Made by a program: the position numbers and the translations under genes | DNA from: the human T2T-CHM13v2.0 reference genome, Homo sapiens | Strand: one strand, 5' to 3' | DNA length: 64,000 nucleotides | Assembly: GCF_009914755.1 (NCBI RefSeq) | Contig: NC_060927.1 | In this document: piece by piece, positions 52,451 to 64,000 of the stretch | How positions within the stretch are numbered: the stretch's first letter is position 1 | Layout: each line of letters starts with the position of its first letter | Notes under the pieces: generated by a model | Seen by the model: the letters and a program-made list of their open reading frames with translations, nothing else | Database searches by the model: none | Told to the model about the DNA's origin: nothing

Positions 52451-53693
52451 GTGAGTCCACCATTTCACTAATACTGTGTTTTAATTGCCTCAGTTACGTC
52501 CATCTGACATTCATTGGCAAAGTCCTTTGGTTAAACTTCCTAATAATTCTCAGCTCTATCATATGGTAAATGTTTAACACATTGCTTTAATGTTTGAGTT
52601 TTTCATTTTTGTTGAAGTTATTATTCCTCTCAGGCTTATTCATGAAGGCATTTCTGGATTTATGCCTCCCCTGACCCATTCCAGGATTTACCCCAAACCT
52701 TCCACACTCTCTTCTAACAGGAAAGTTCTGTTATGACACAATAGTACTTATTAAGACAGATTTACCTTCTAAGTCTCAGGACAGCATTTCACAACCAGAA
52801 ATAACCGGTCACATGAAGAACCAGAGTCTGGTAGTAGTGAAATTCATTTTCCTTCTTGAAAAAGTGGATCAAAGGATTCAAACAGCAAGTGGTGAATCAA
52901 TGAAAAGTGGTAAAATGGTGAGGAAAAAATGTTACTAAAAGATGACCTCAAGATTACTGGTGCATATGAATTGCTTTTTTATATAGGAAAATACTGGATA
53001 ATTTCTTATTGTCATAGTATAATTAGAAGCAATTTCATGTGTTCATTTTGCCACATGAGTTTAAATGGAATAGATTTGGTTCCCTCTCTAACATGAGTTC
53101 AGTGTCTGAACTTGGGCAAATTTCTAAACAATTCTGAGCTTCACTACCTCTGCTTGAAAGTGAGAACAATTGTATTTATCTATTATTTGTCTATTAGGTT
53201 ATGAGAGCAAAAATGTCATAACATAAAACACCTGGCACCCAGCAAGCAATTAATGCTAGTCCTTCCCACCCCTATTTATGGAGGTAGAAAGAAAAAAGAT
53301 AACAGACAGCTCTACTTTTATTTTTACATATATCCTTCATTGATTACCTTATGAGTAAACCTAAAAACAGCAAAATTCTCATCTCTTCATCCTTCATTTC
53401 TCAGTGCTTTATCAAATTTCTACTATGAACTAAGAACTGAGTGCTATGGGAGACACAAAGGAGAGTCAGGTATTGTTCTGTTCTCAAGGACATTGGCATC
53501 TAGAAAGGGAGATTTTTTTTTAATGCCATTAGAGAGACAAAATAAAGCACTGTCCTGGTTTTAAGCAGGAAAAATCATTTTAACTGGGGTTACCAGGGAA
53601 GGTTTCATGGAATAGGTAGTGTTTGGGCTTTAAAGAATGGGTATAGTTTGGAAAGCAAGAAGAGAGGAAATACAATGAGTCATGACTGAAGCA

Positions 53694-53930
53694 CAGTTGA
53701 CCCTTGAACAACACAAGTCTGAACTGTATGGGTCCACTTATAGTGGATTCTTGTCATCCAAAAGTGGATCAAAAATATGGTATTTGCTGGATGCAAAACC
53801 CATGTATAGGGAGGACTGACTTTTCTTCTATGCGGATTCAGCAGGGTCCACTTGAGTATACCAGGATTTTGGTATTCTGTGGGGTGTCCTGGAACCAATC
53901 CCCTGCGCATGCCGAGGGGAGGGACAACTG
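53694..53930 (+). mobile_element. MER8 (Tigger2-derived MITE)
   Basis: TIR-like ends CAGTTGACCCTT ... AGGGACAACTG followed by TA; internal gtcctggaaccaatcccc. Confidence 0.88.
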
Positions 53931-54409
53931 TAGTATAATTGAGAGAAAAACCATTGTCCCAGGATTGGAAGGACAGGTTGGCATTACCTTGGATGAACCA
54001 CTTCTCCCCTGTAGCCTTCAACTTCTTCACTTGTGAGAGATGTAGAATAATCCCTGCCCTGTTGGTCTTTCAGGACTCTGGAGAAGATCAAATGGGAGCT
54101 TAGATGTGGAAGCTCTTTGGAAACCAAGAAACACTCTGAAAATGAAAAGGGTATCTTTTTTTCCTTTTCTCCCTTTACCATAAATTTCATGATGGCACTT
54201 AACAGAGCCAGTCGTTTTGGTATTTAAAAAATGTTTGGTGAAATAATTAGTTATTGGTTGAATGAATGAATTTATAAGTGAATACATGAATTAAACAAAG
54301 GTATGGAGTAGGAAAGCACATAATATGAGCAGAGAATAAGGGATTCTATTTGGAAGCATGCACTAGAACTGGATGTTAGGGATGTGAATGTGGCTAGCTG
54401 GAATGGGTC

Positions 54410-54569
54410 TGTGGTTCTCACAATGTGATCTGTTGACCAGCAGTGTCAATACCACCTGTTAACTTGTTAGAAATGCAAAAAGAATTATGAATTTGAAACT
54501 CAGGGTGGGACCCAGCAATCTGTTTCTCTCTAAGTCATTCTGATGCATAGCAAAGTTTTGAGAACCATG
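54410..54569. mobile_element. MER5A
   Basis: gtggttctca...aacttgttagaaatgcaaa...gggtgggacccagcaatctgttt...tttgagaacca. Confidence 0.85.
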
Positions 54570-55294
54570 ACTTTGTATTAAGGTGGGGAGTTTGGAAATT
54601 ATTTTTCTGTAAGTTCGGTGCTAATGAAGATTTTCAACTGTGGGTGGACATAATCACAGCCGTATTTCTAGGATGATGAGGCAGAAGGTTGTACCTACAA
54701 TATCTATGACTTCAGCATTAAAAGGACAATTAGAAGTACTGGAAAACACACCGTATTTGCCAAGCTCCAGAAATGAAGATTTTGTTTTTACCTATTTCCG
54801 AATAATATCCCCATACTTACCTAAGAGGCAAAGCAGAGCAAGCATTGCTCCCAGGCACTGGGGAAACCCACTTGGTCTGCAGAGCCCAGGCAGGATGAGA
54901 ATGTTTATGTGAAAAAAGTAAATGAGAGCGGACTGTCAAATACGGCCCCAACCTTTCTGCAGAGAGAGGAGTAAGTAAGCCTTTAGTCCTGACCAACTGT
55001 GGGGAAACATTAAATGGAACCTTCCAAATTGGTTTAAAGTGGGCAGCTAAGCCTATGCCAAGGACTAAGCCAACTGCACTGGCTACAAACACACCTGTGT
55101 CTTTAGGGCTGGTGGATACAAATTTGCCAAAGGAGAGCACACTACATGGAGGAAAAATGAAGAGCCGCAGGGAAACATTTATCCTAAAGGGGAAAGAGTC
55201 AAGACAGAGATATCATGGGTCAGTTGGGAAGGAGATGGAGGGGAGAGGCAGGAGGTGAGCTGTTCAGATTGCTAGAATGACCAATCCAGATGGC

Positions 55295-55395
55295 TAGGAT
55301 GACCAGTCATCCTGGTTTGCCCAAGAGTGAGGGATAGCCCACATCATAGGATTTCCAGGACAATCCTTGTCAAAGCGGGACAATTAGTCACCTTA
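55295..55395. mobile_element. MER81 (hAT-Blackjack MITE)
   Basis: taggatgaccagtcatcctggtttgccc ... gggacaattagtcacctta inverted ends. Confidence 0.75.
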
Positions 55396-55475
55396 AGACT
55401 CTGCCCTTTCACCTGTGTTCAAGACCTGGGGAGAAGGCATAATAAAAATAGAAAAAATCACTGCTGTCAACCTCC

Positions 55476-55625
55476 GCTTCTCAAAATATTGTCCAGAAAC
55501 TAGCAGCATAGGCTTCACCTGGGAGCTTGTTAGAAATGCAGATACTCAGGCATCCTAGACCTACTGAATCAGAATCTGCATATTAACAAGAGCTCTGAGT
55601 GATTTGTATGCACATTAGAGTTTGT
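55476..55625. mobile_element. MER5A-family element
   Basis: cacctgggagcttgttagaaatgcaga...agacctactgaatcagaatctgcat. Confidence 0.85.
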
Positions 55626-56001
55626 CTCAAAAGATCTTGTGGCATCCCACAGTAAATAATGGAGCACAAGTGGCAGAAATAATTTCCTCTGGGCTGTAAT
55701 ATGGCTAATATCCAGGTTGATCAGATACTAAGCTAAAACCAGATCAACCTTGCCTGGGAAGGACGCAACCTAGGGATGGAGAGCAACCCAGGCAGAGAGG
55801 GAGAAAGAGGCTGACACAAATTAGCCAAGAGGGGACCCCCTGAACTATTAATAGTAGTAGTATTTGTAGGGAAAGTGAGAAAAGCCAGCAAGCCAGCAAT
55901 TGTATGGTAAGAATAAAGCTAGAGAAATTAATGTTGCCAGTACTGTGACCCTATTTTTACCACTTCTAGGCTGATGTGGGCTGGGAAATGGGTTATGCTT
56001 A

Positions 56002-56383
<382 letters not shown>

Positions 56384-56599
56384 TCATCCACTAAAAGTGT
56401 TCAACTCCAGATCTTGGCCTCATCCACTTGCATATCATTCAAATACAGTGTGCAAAGAATAGTTTTCTTTCTTTTTTCTACCTGGTCTGATCTTCATGGG
56501 CTTCAGCTCTGCAGTCTAGCAGGGATAATTGACACTTAATTAATAGTGTTTCATTCTCCTCTAGCTTGAACATATTTCTTTCTCTTTCAACATTGAAGC

Positions 56600-56789
56600 C
56601 AGTAGTTCTAAAAATCAAACATGCAAACATGCATCAGTCACCTGGAGGGCTTGTTAAAACACAGGTTACTGGGTCTGCCCTCAAGGTTTCTGATTCAGCA
56701 CATCTGAGGTGGAGCCCTAGAATTTGCATTTCTGAGTTCCCAGGTGATGCCGACATTTTGGTCCACAGGCCACACTTTAAGAACCTCTG
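56600..56789. mobile_element. MER5A
   Basis: cacctggagggcttgttaaaacacag...tttctgattcag...gaatttgcatttct...gttcccaggtgatgc...cacactttaagaacc. Confidence 0.88.
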
Positions 56790-57672
56790 ATTCAAACTAT
56801 TCAGAGTTTATTTCATATCCAAAAGTGATTATTTAAAAAGTATCTTAGATTAATGCTCCTCAAACTGATTGATTTTTCCAATCATGTACCAAATACATAG
56901 TCCTATTTCACATGACCAGTATTCAGCTTTTGCTGCAAGCAACTCACCATGCCAGTTCCACACACCTGAACAGGTTATATCCTGTTTAACAAGATCAGCC
57001 CACTGATCACATACTAGGATGTCATGGCAATGTCAATTTATGATAGAAGTTTCTAAACATGAACTTTCATCTGTATTTATCTCACCCCCGAACAGGAACA
57101 GTTTGTGGACTTGCGCTGGCCCTTGGACCACACTTCGAGTGACATTGTTATAGATGACACGGTCTCTTATAGGAAAATGCACAGTCTTTCTTAGATTCTC
57201 TACCTCCCTCTTCCATCTCATTCCCAACATAGATCTGGGTACATGAGTGGGGTCTTATTATAATCTTGTGACACCCTTGGATCATGCACTACCCTCTAAA
57301 TAATCAATAGTTTCTACTATAGAGAGGCTCAATTTATCTTCTCCCTGGAATTGGGACCACTGAAATATAACTAGAACCCAACTGATCTTTTGAGATGTTG
57401 TGTGCTTGCCCTTACTGCTACTGCCGTAGTTCTGAACATTTCCCCAAGCATCAAAAAGGCCCCATGGCCTCTTTTCCCCTAGACCTCTGCCAGTCCACCA
57501 ACACTCTCAGTGGGGAAGTAAGAAGCCTGGTGGATCCTGCTTCCCACACAAAGGCCATGATGAGACAGATGCTTTCTAAGTCCGATATATCTACCCACTT
57601 TCTGCTGTCACCTCTGTACCTCCTGAGTCACATGGAATGTGGTGCTGAGCCAAATGGTCAGTCTTCTAGAAG

Positions 57673-58090
57673 CAGTGGAATGTTGGAGGCAGCTTATACC
57701 TTAGCTGATTCTTAAATTTTCAGGAATTTTGTGAGCCAGTTTTTAAACACAGCCATTGTTGAAAATTAAACAATATAAACTTATAATCAAATATATTAAA
57801 AATAAAGATAATGCCCTCAACTCATCACTTCCTATTTATTGTTTTACACTTTAGTACTATCTATGCTTATTGTATGTGTATGGTGGAAATACTACATAAT
57901 GATATTTAATGGTGTACTGCCACACAGCTCTTCACAACTCTGCATTCAGTGACATCACTTTGGTAGCTTGAAATCAGCCATGATAGGAGTATTTATATCT
58001 TGGAAATTGGCAAATATTACAAATCAGCATTCCACCCTCCCTTACCTCCCCACCCCCCAGCCAGTTGTTAAACATTTACCAGCATGCAAC
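57673..58090 (+). mobile_element. MER63-family (MER63B-like) hAT DNA transposon
   Basis: taaattttcaggaattttgtgagccagt...ctcatcacttccta...ttcagtgacatcactttggtagcttgaaatcagccatg...gttgttaaacatttaccagca. Confidence 0.85.
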
Positions 58091-58399
58091 CACCCAGAGC
58101 CTGCATCTGGGAAAGTGAGCCACTAACCCAATGACCTGTGATAACCCTATACATATCTAGCTGTTACTAAGCTGCCCTTCCCATAACGGTCTGCCCCAAA
58201 AAGGTGTGTGTGCAGAGGAGAATAAAAACTAAAACCCTAAGATCATCTTATTTACTTGCCCTATTTCTGCCTCTTTTCTCTCCCTGCCATCTCTGGGGTC
58301 CAGAAGTAGAAGCTTTTTATTGCCTCCGGAGTTTATTCTTATACATCAAGGATAAACATTCATGACCTAACATCATCTCTCTTGTTTTCTCCCGCCAAA

Positions 58400-58790
58400 G
58401 CTATAAGGATAGTCTAATCATGAAAAAACATTAAACAAACTCAAAATGGGGACAGTCTATAAAATACCTAACCAGTTCTCTTCAGAACAGTTAAGGTCCT
58501 GAAAGGCGAGGAGAGAAGAAGAAACAATCACAACTTGGAGGACATTAATGCACTAAATTTAATATGGTTTCATAAGTTGGGCTGAAAAGAAAAGGACAGT
58601 AGAAAAGCTGGGATATGAGAATACAGTCTAAGTGTAGTACTAATGTTAAGTTTTTAATCTCTAACTTGATGGCATGGTTATAGAAAATAGAAACATTAGG
58701 CAAAGCTGGGTGAAAGGTATACAGGAACTCTACTATCTATACAACTTTTCTGTAAACATAAAATTATTTCAAAATAAAACTAATATAAGA
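58400..58790 (+). mobile_element. Old L1 3' region (L1MC/ME-type)
   Basis: aagctgggtgaaaggtatacaggaactct...caacttttctgtaaacataaaattatttcaaaataaaa. Confidence 0.8.
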
Positions 58791-61700
58791 AAAAAACATG
58801 GCCGACATAACAGATAGAATGGATATCTTCTCTAGTCTATGAAAAACCCTGTGTCCTACATTCACTTGCTTTGTGATATAATAAAAGGGGGAAAGGAAGG
58901 GATGATAGAAACATTATTCCTCTTAATAAACTTGGATTTTAAAATCTTTTATCTTTTCACAGCATAAAACATTCCACTTAGGATGCTATATGTTGAGCAT
59001 TAACTTTCTCTTTTTCTTTATAGTCTTTCTGTAATAGTTCAAATCCTGCCCACCCTGAGGGTGGATGTTTCTAGATGATGAAGGAGGTCATAAACAGAGA
59101 GTAGATTAATATAATTATCTTTATTTCATGTCTATTTGCAAATGGGCCATTGTTCACATAGTTGTCTCTCTTTCTAAATGGAAGAATAGTTGGAGTTGGG
59201 GGTGGGGAAATACCAGAACTGAGAGGAGTAAAGGTGCTTCAAGACAATGCTTCTTAAACTTTGGTTTTGTGTTTGCATCTCTTGGGGATCTTGTTTAAAG
59301 TAGGTTGAGATTCAGTATGTTTGGGGAGGGGCCCGTTAATCTGATTTTATAAAAAGTTCCTAGATGATGCCATGCTGCTGGTCTCTGAGAAGCAAGAGTC
59401 TGGGGTCCTTTCTAAAGTGTTTCCTCTCTCCTCTATACAGTCAGAAAAGGAAAGTGCTTACTGGTCAGAGATTTAAAAGACATAGGAGATATACCACACT
59501 TCTATAAGACCAGAAACAAAAACAAAGAAAGAAGAAACATAATAACCAAAATATGACATTATTGCACACAATGAGATGCAGTAAAAGATGGACTACTTAG
59601 GCATTCACTGGACATAAGTGAAGCTGCCTTTGGAGTTTAATTTTAAGTTCTCAGTAACTCACTGTATTTAGTCATATCGTTTCACATACAGACAAAATTC
59701 CTTCTCTACTAAGAAGGAACTAAAGCTCTCAGAATTACTGAGTTGCACAGTACCAATTTACATGAATATTTTTCTTCCTCTAAAAGTTTGTAATGACTAT
59801 GGTTCCTGGAAAATAATATTTCATTTTTTCAATTCATACTCTTAATCTACCAAAAAAACACTCTTCCAAAAATATAAGCTAGAAAAACAGGTAATTTGCT
59901 CATATCATAGAGACAACTCATACCAATAAAAAAATACATTTTAAAATTTGGAAAATTACAATGAGAGAATAAAGCATTTTGCATGCAGATGTGTTATGTT
60001 TTTACTCCACAATATTGGGAGCTTCCAAAGTGTAACATGCATTTACAGAGCCACTCTCTTAGCATTTAAACTGGGAGGCATTTTTCGAGAAGCATGAGTC
60101 TTGCTCAGCGGTCCTGTAGCCACTCTAGCAATCTCACACAGTACATGACTTATAAATATTGTATGTGCTTGATGGAAGTAGACCTGGCTTTGCTAATCAC
60201 TTACCAGTTCTTTTGCCCAGTATTTCTTTGTTTTAGAAGTAACTTTGTTTAGCTTACCAAATGTATATTGTCCAATTTGTAGGAAATATAAGTAATATTG
60301 CAAACAGCAAAATGGGATTGTATGTGCAGATCTCTGCATCCTGGTGGGCCCTGTCATGTTAGTAATAGCTTTTCCTTGTGCTGTTGCCACTGCCAAACAG
60401 ACTGCTTATGCGATCTTTGGCTTTCTTAACTCCTCTTTGGGGATCAATAAAGTGTTTCTTTTTTTTCTTAGATACCAACTTCATCTCTCTTTAAGAATAC
60501 AATATTAGTTTAAAAGATTGTTCAACTTAAAGCAATCTTGTAGAGATTGTCACCCATGATTGATGCTGGGTGAGTAGAAAGGAAAATGTTGATTTTATCC
60601 TCTGCCTTTCAGATCTTTGAAGGGGAAAGTGGGCTAGTTTTTTAAACTGCAGCCTGATCAAATGTTTCAAAAGTTGTTCAAAAGTAATCTTAGTCCAACA
60701 CTGCTCCTCTGACTTTTATCTAGAGAAATAGAAAAGTTTATATATTAACGATTTGTTTCTTTTAAGTACTTGTGTACATTTTTCTCTTGCAATAAGTATT
60801 AATAATTGAAAATTATTAAATTGTCATTTTAATGTTTTTTATTAAGTAAGTTTGATATGTTTCTTAGCAACGAAGACCTGTGGCTCAAATAGGAGCAGAC
60901 AATTCATGGAATCAAATTTTAAATTCAAGCAGAGCTATCATACTGACATATTTGTATTTCCCTTTGTCTTGGAATTATTGGTTTGTTTAAAATAATAAGT
61001 TTAGCCAATTATTTTGTTATTCTGTTATTTAAAATATAAATTTGCAGTCTAAAATTTTTTGTGTAAAGGTGAGTGTATAAATGAATATAAATATAAATAA
61101 ATAACTAATGATCACATTTCTACTGGGAAACATCATTATTTCTTACTTTAAATGTGTCAATTATCTTTCCATGATGTGTTTGTGCACATGCAAGTGTTGG
61201 CTAAGCCTGATTCTCTTTTATAAAAAAAATGGTAAATCTCAAATAAAAGTGCAAAATATTATCTTTCATGCAAATACACTAATAATACCAAAGAAAGCAG
61301 AAAAACTTACTTAAAAATAATTTTTCTTGACAAGAGATTTATAAATAGCAGCTTGACTAATCAATTTCATTACTGTTCCTTAGCTGCAGCCATGTTCTCT
61401 TGGACTATATTGCTCAATGATCTTGTGCTTTCTTTGCTACTCATACTAAATAATTTGTGTTGTTTTGCATTTTTTATATCAGGAAGCAAAATACTTAAAA
61501 ATTTATAAAAGTTGAAGGGAAAAAGGGCACTCCCATAGTAGATAAAAGAAAATGTAGCATTACTTCATCATCTTTATGGAGACTCTTCAGAAAGATGCAT
61601 GGTTTTTTTAGAAATATGAAATGATATAGTATCTGAAAGTTGCTTTAACTACTAATGATTGGGATGGTAAATTGGCACAACCTTTCTGATGGGCAGGTGG

Positions 61701-63324
61701 GCACTGGTCATTAAAAAACAAAACAAGAAAACCCTTAAGCTGTATAAAGCTATTCATACAGAGAGATTTACTTTTATAAATTTACGCTAATGAAATAATT
61801 ATGGTTGTGTTCCCAATTTAGCATAAGAATGTTTATCACAGCATGGCATATATTGGAAGTTTAGTAAATGAAGATACATCCAATCTGACATTCTATTCAC
61901 AACCACAAAGAGATAATGTAGAAACATATTTAGTAATGTGAGAAAATACTAAATATTAAGTGAAAAAGGTAAGTTACAAAATAATTTGCATAAAATCATC
62001 TCATACACCACCCCCCCATATATATACTTATAGTATGTTATATAATGAAATGTTAACAGTCTCTGGTTTGGGGTGTTGGATTATGAAATACATTTTTTTC
62101 TCATATGTATATTCTTGACCCTTCAACTAACAAGCATTATGTTTTTAATAAGGAAAATAATCATTCACCTTTAAAAAATGAATTCCATTAATATGCTTCC
62201 ATTTGTCCTTTGAAAATTTAATAACTTTATATATTAGTTATTCCATAATAAGTAGTTGATTTTGAAAATAGAAAATTAGGTAGTTGTTCTAAAACAAGGC
62301 AAGAAAGGGTTGTGTAAAATACCATAATGACTTATTTTATTAATAGATAAGCCATAAATATCCTGATGAATTATTTTCTGATGAGAAATAAGAATTGCTG
62401 TGGCTCAGAGTTACATTTTCTTGTAATGTGACCAAGGCCAAAAGGAATTTGATAGCTATTCCAACTTTGTATCGTAAGGAGTAGTTTTTAACATTCCTGA
62501 ATAGATAAGATAGCTCCTGGAATCTTCCCAATTTTCAACTATTTCTTTGATGACTATCTATAGTGATTGATTTGTTGATATAAATGTTAAGCTGACATAT
62601 ATTTACTAAACGTCTATTATTAGTTAGATATTACTAACTGCTATGCATACCAGAGAGCATGAAGTATAGGCTCTCACCTAAAGGAACTACAGTATTGTTG
62701 GGTAATAAATTGTATGAAACAGAACATTTTTAGAGAATATAATGCAAGTACTAAAATGACTGAAGAGATAAGAACCATGATATTTATAAAGCAGTGGATA
62801 AATGTAGGCTGAGAGTTTGGGAAAAACTTCAAGAAAAGTTGTGACTTGCCTGGCTTTGGAAAGATAAGTGATACTTGGTTATGAGAGAGGAGGGAAAAGC
62901 ATTTCAGCTTGTGAGATGAAGGTCTAAAGTCCTTAGGGCTGAATTTGCTGGTTGTGGCTATGTTTACTGCAGTTCCAGCAGAGTTAGAGATGTGGTTAGG
63001 CCAGGACAGTAAGGATATCTGCCTGGAAGATTCCTGTTTTCCCTTTAGAGGGAATAGATTAAGGTGGCAGGGATCAGGTAGGAAATGATGGGGGACCCTG
63101 AAGTTAGAGCTGAGAATGTCTTCTCAGCTTCTCTGATACCATGCTCTAAGTTTGCTCCCATTTCTTTCGTGGTTCCTTCTCTTTTCATTTGTTGGCTCCC
63201 AACCTCTTCTCTACTCAGTCTCTGAATGTTGGACTCAACTGAAGTTCCTTAGCTGCTCTTCTGCCTCTGTTCTCATTCCCTGAATGAAAGGAGAGGGTTC
63301 AAACTATCCACCACTATGGTTTAA

Positions 63325-63770
63325 TACAATTACAGAGCTCCTTGGAAAAGTGATTTGTCTAGGGCTGGGGAGGGATAAAAGAAGATGAGCCTGGAGGATG
63401 TCATGGTACCAAAAAGTAAGTACTCAAGAAAAGCGGGGGGGCACATTGAGAGAACACAGGAGCCAACCTAAAAGAGCTACCAATGGCCAAAGCTAGACCA
63501 ATTTCAGACAAAATAAAATATTGAATTATGAAGCAGAATAAAATAAACACAATTTAGTCCATACTGATATAAATAAATGATTGAATAAAAGTAAATGGTA
63601 GAGAAAGGACAACTTCTTACAGAATAATTCCAAATAATAGATGCAAAAGGAAAGGAGGAAATAGAAAATCGTTGTGAGAACACTAGAACACTGGTGAAAC
63701 GTTGCTGCAGGGAGGATCTGCCTATGCATGCATAAATTAATGGACAATGTTTTGAGAGAAAATGGCTATT
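63325..63770 (+). mobile_element. Old L1 3' region (L1MC-type)
   Basis: agatgagcctggag...acacaggagccaacctaaaagagctaccaatggccaaagct...gtccatactgatataaataaatgattgaataa. Confidence 0.75.
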
Positions 63771-63773
63771 TGG

Positions 63774-64000
<227 letters not shown>

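Overview
Primate DNA, almost certainly human (Alu, THE1 and MER11 repeats; the protein matches human SATB1 as I recall it). The window covers the 5' part of the chromatin-organiser gene SATB1 on the minus strand. Four coding exons (9080-8870, 5190-5014, 4245-4119, 3347-3224) splice in frame through GT/AG junctions to give aa 1-213: the N-terminal NLS region, the ubiquitin-like domain and the start of the CUT-like domain. The rest of the gene lies left of the window. Upstream are several candidate non-coding first exons/promoters: proximal CpG island ~12.4-14.3 kb, a medial exon at ~26.7-26.9 kb, and distal CpG island ~31.7-33.9 kb. The distal island also holds the probable first exon of the plus-strand lncRNA SATB1-AS1. 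Positions 0.2-16 kb and 23-35.8 kb are nearly free of recognisable transposons, while 35.8-64 kb is repeat-rich (MaLR LTRs, a MER11 solo LTR, Alus, L1/L2/MIR, MER DNA transposons). The most interesting observations concern the 5' leader. The start-codon exon begins AG|GT (recursive-splice-like) and has stops in all three frames in its 24-nt leader. The alternative first exons differ strongly in uORF load, including a CGG/CAG-encoded Arg/Gln uORF joined by TAATG to a second uORF. Sense and antisense first exons are interleaved. There is also an unexplained ~200-bp dispersed duplication. TSS positions and repeat subfamily calls are by eye and from memory, and are approximate.
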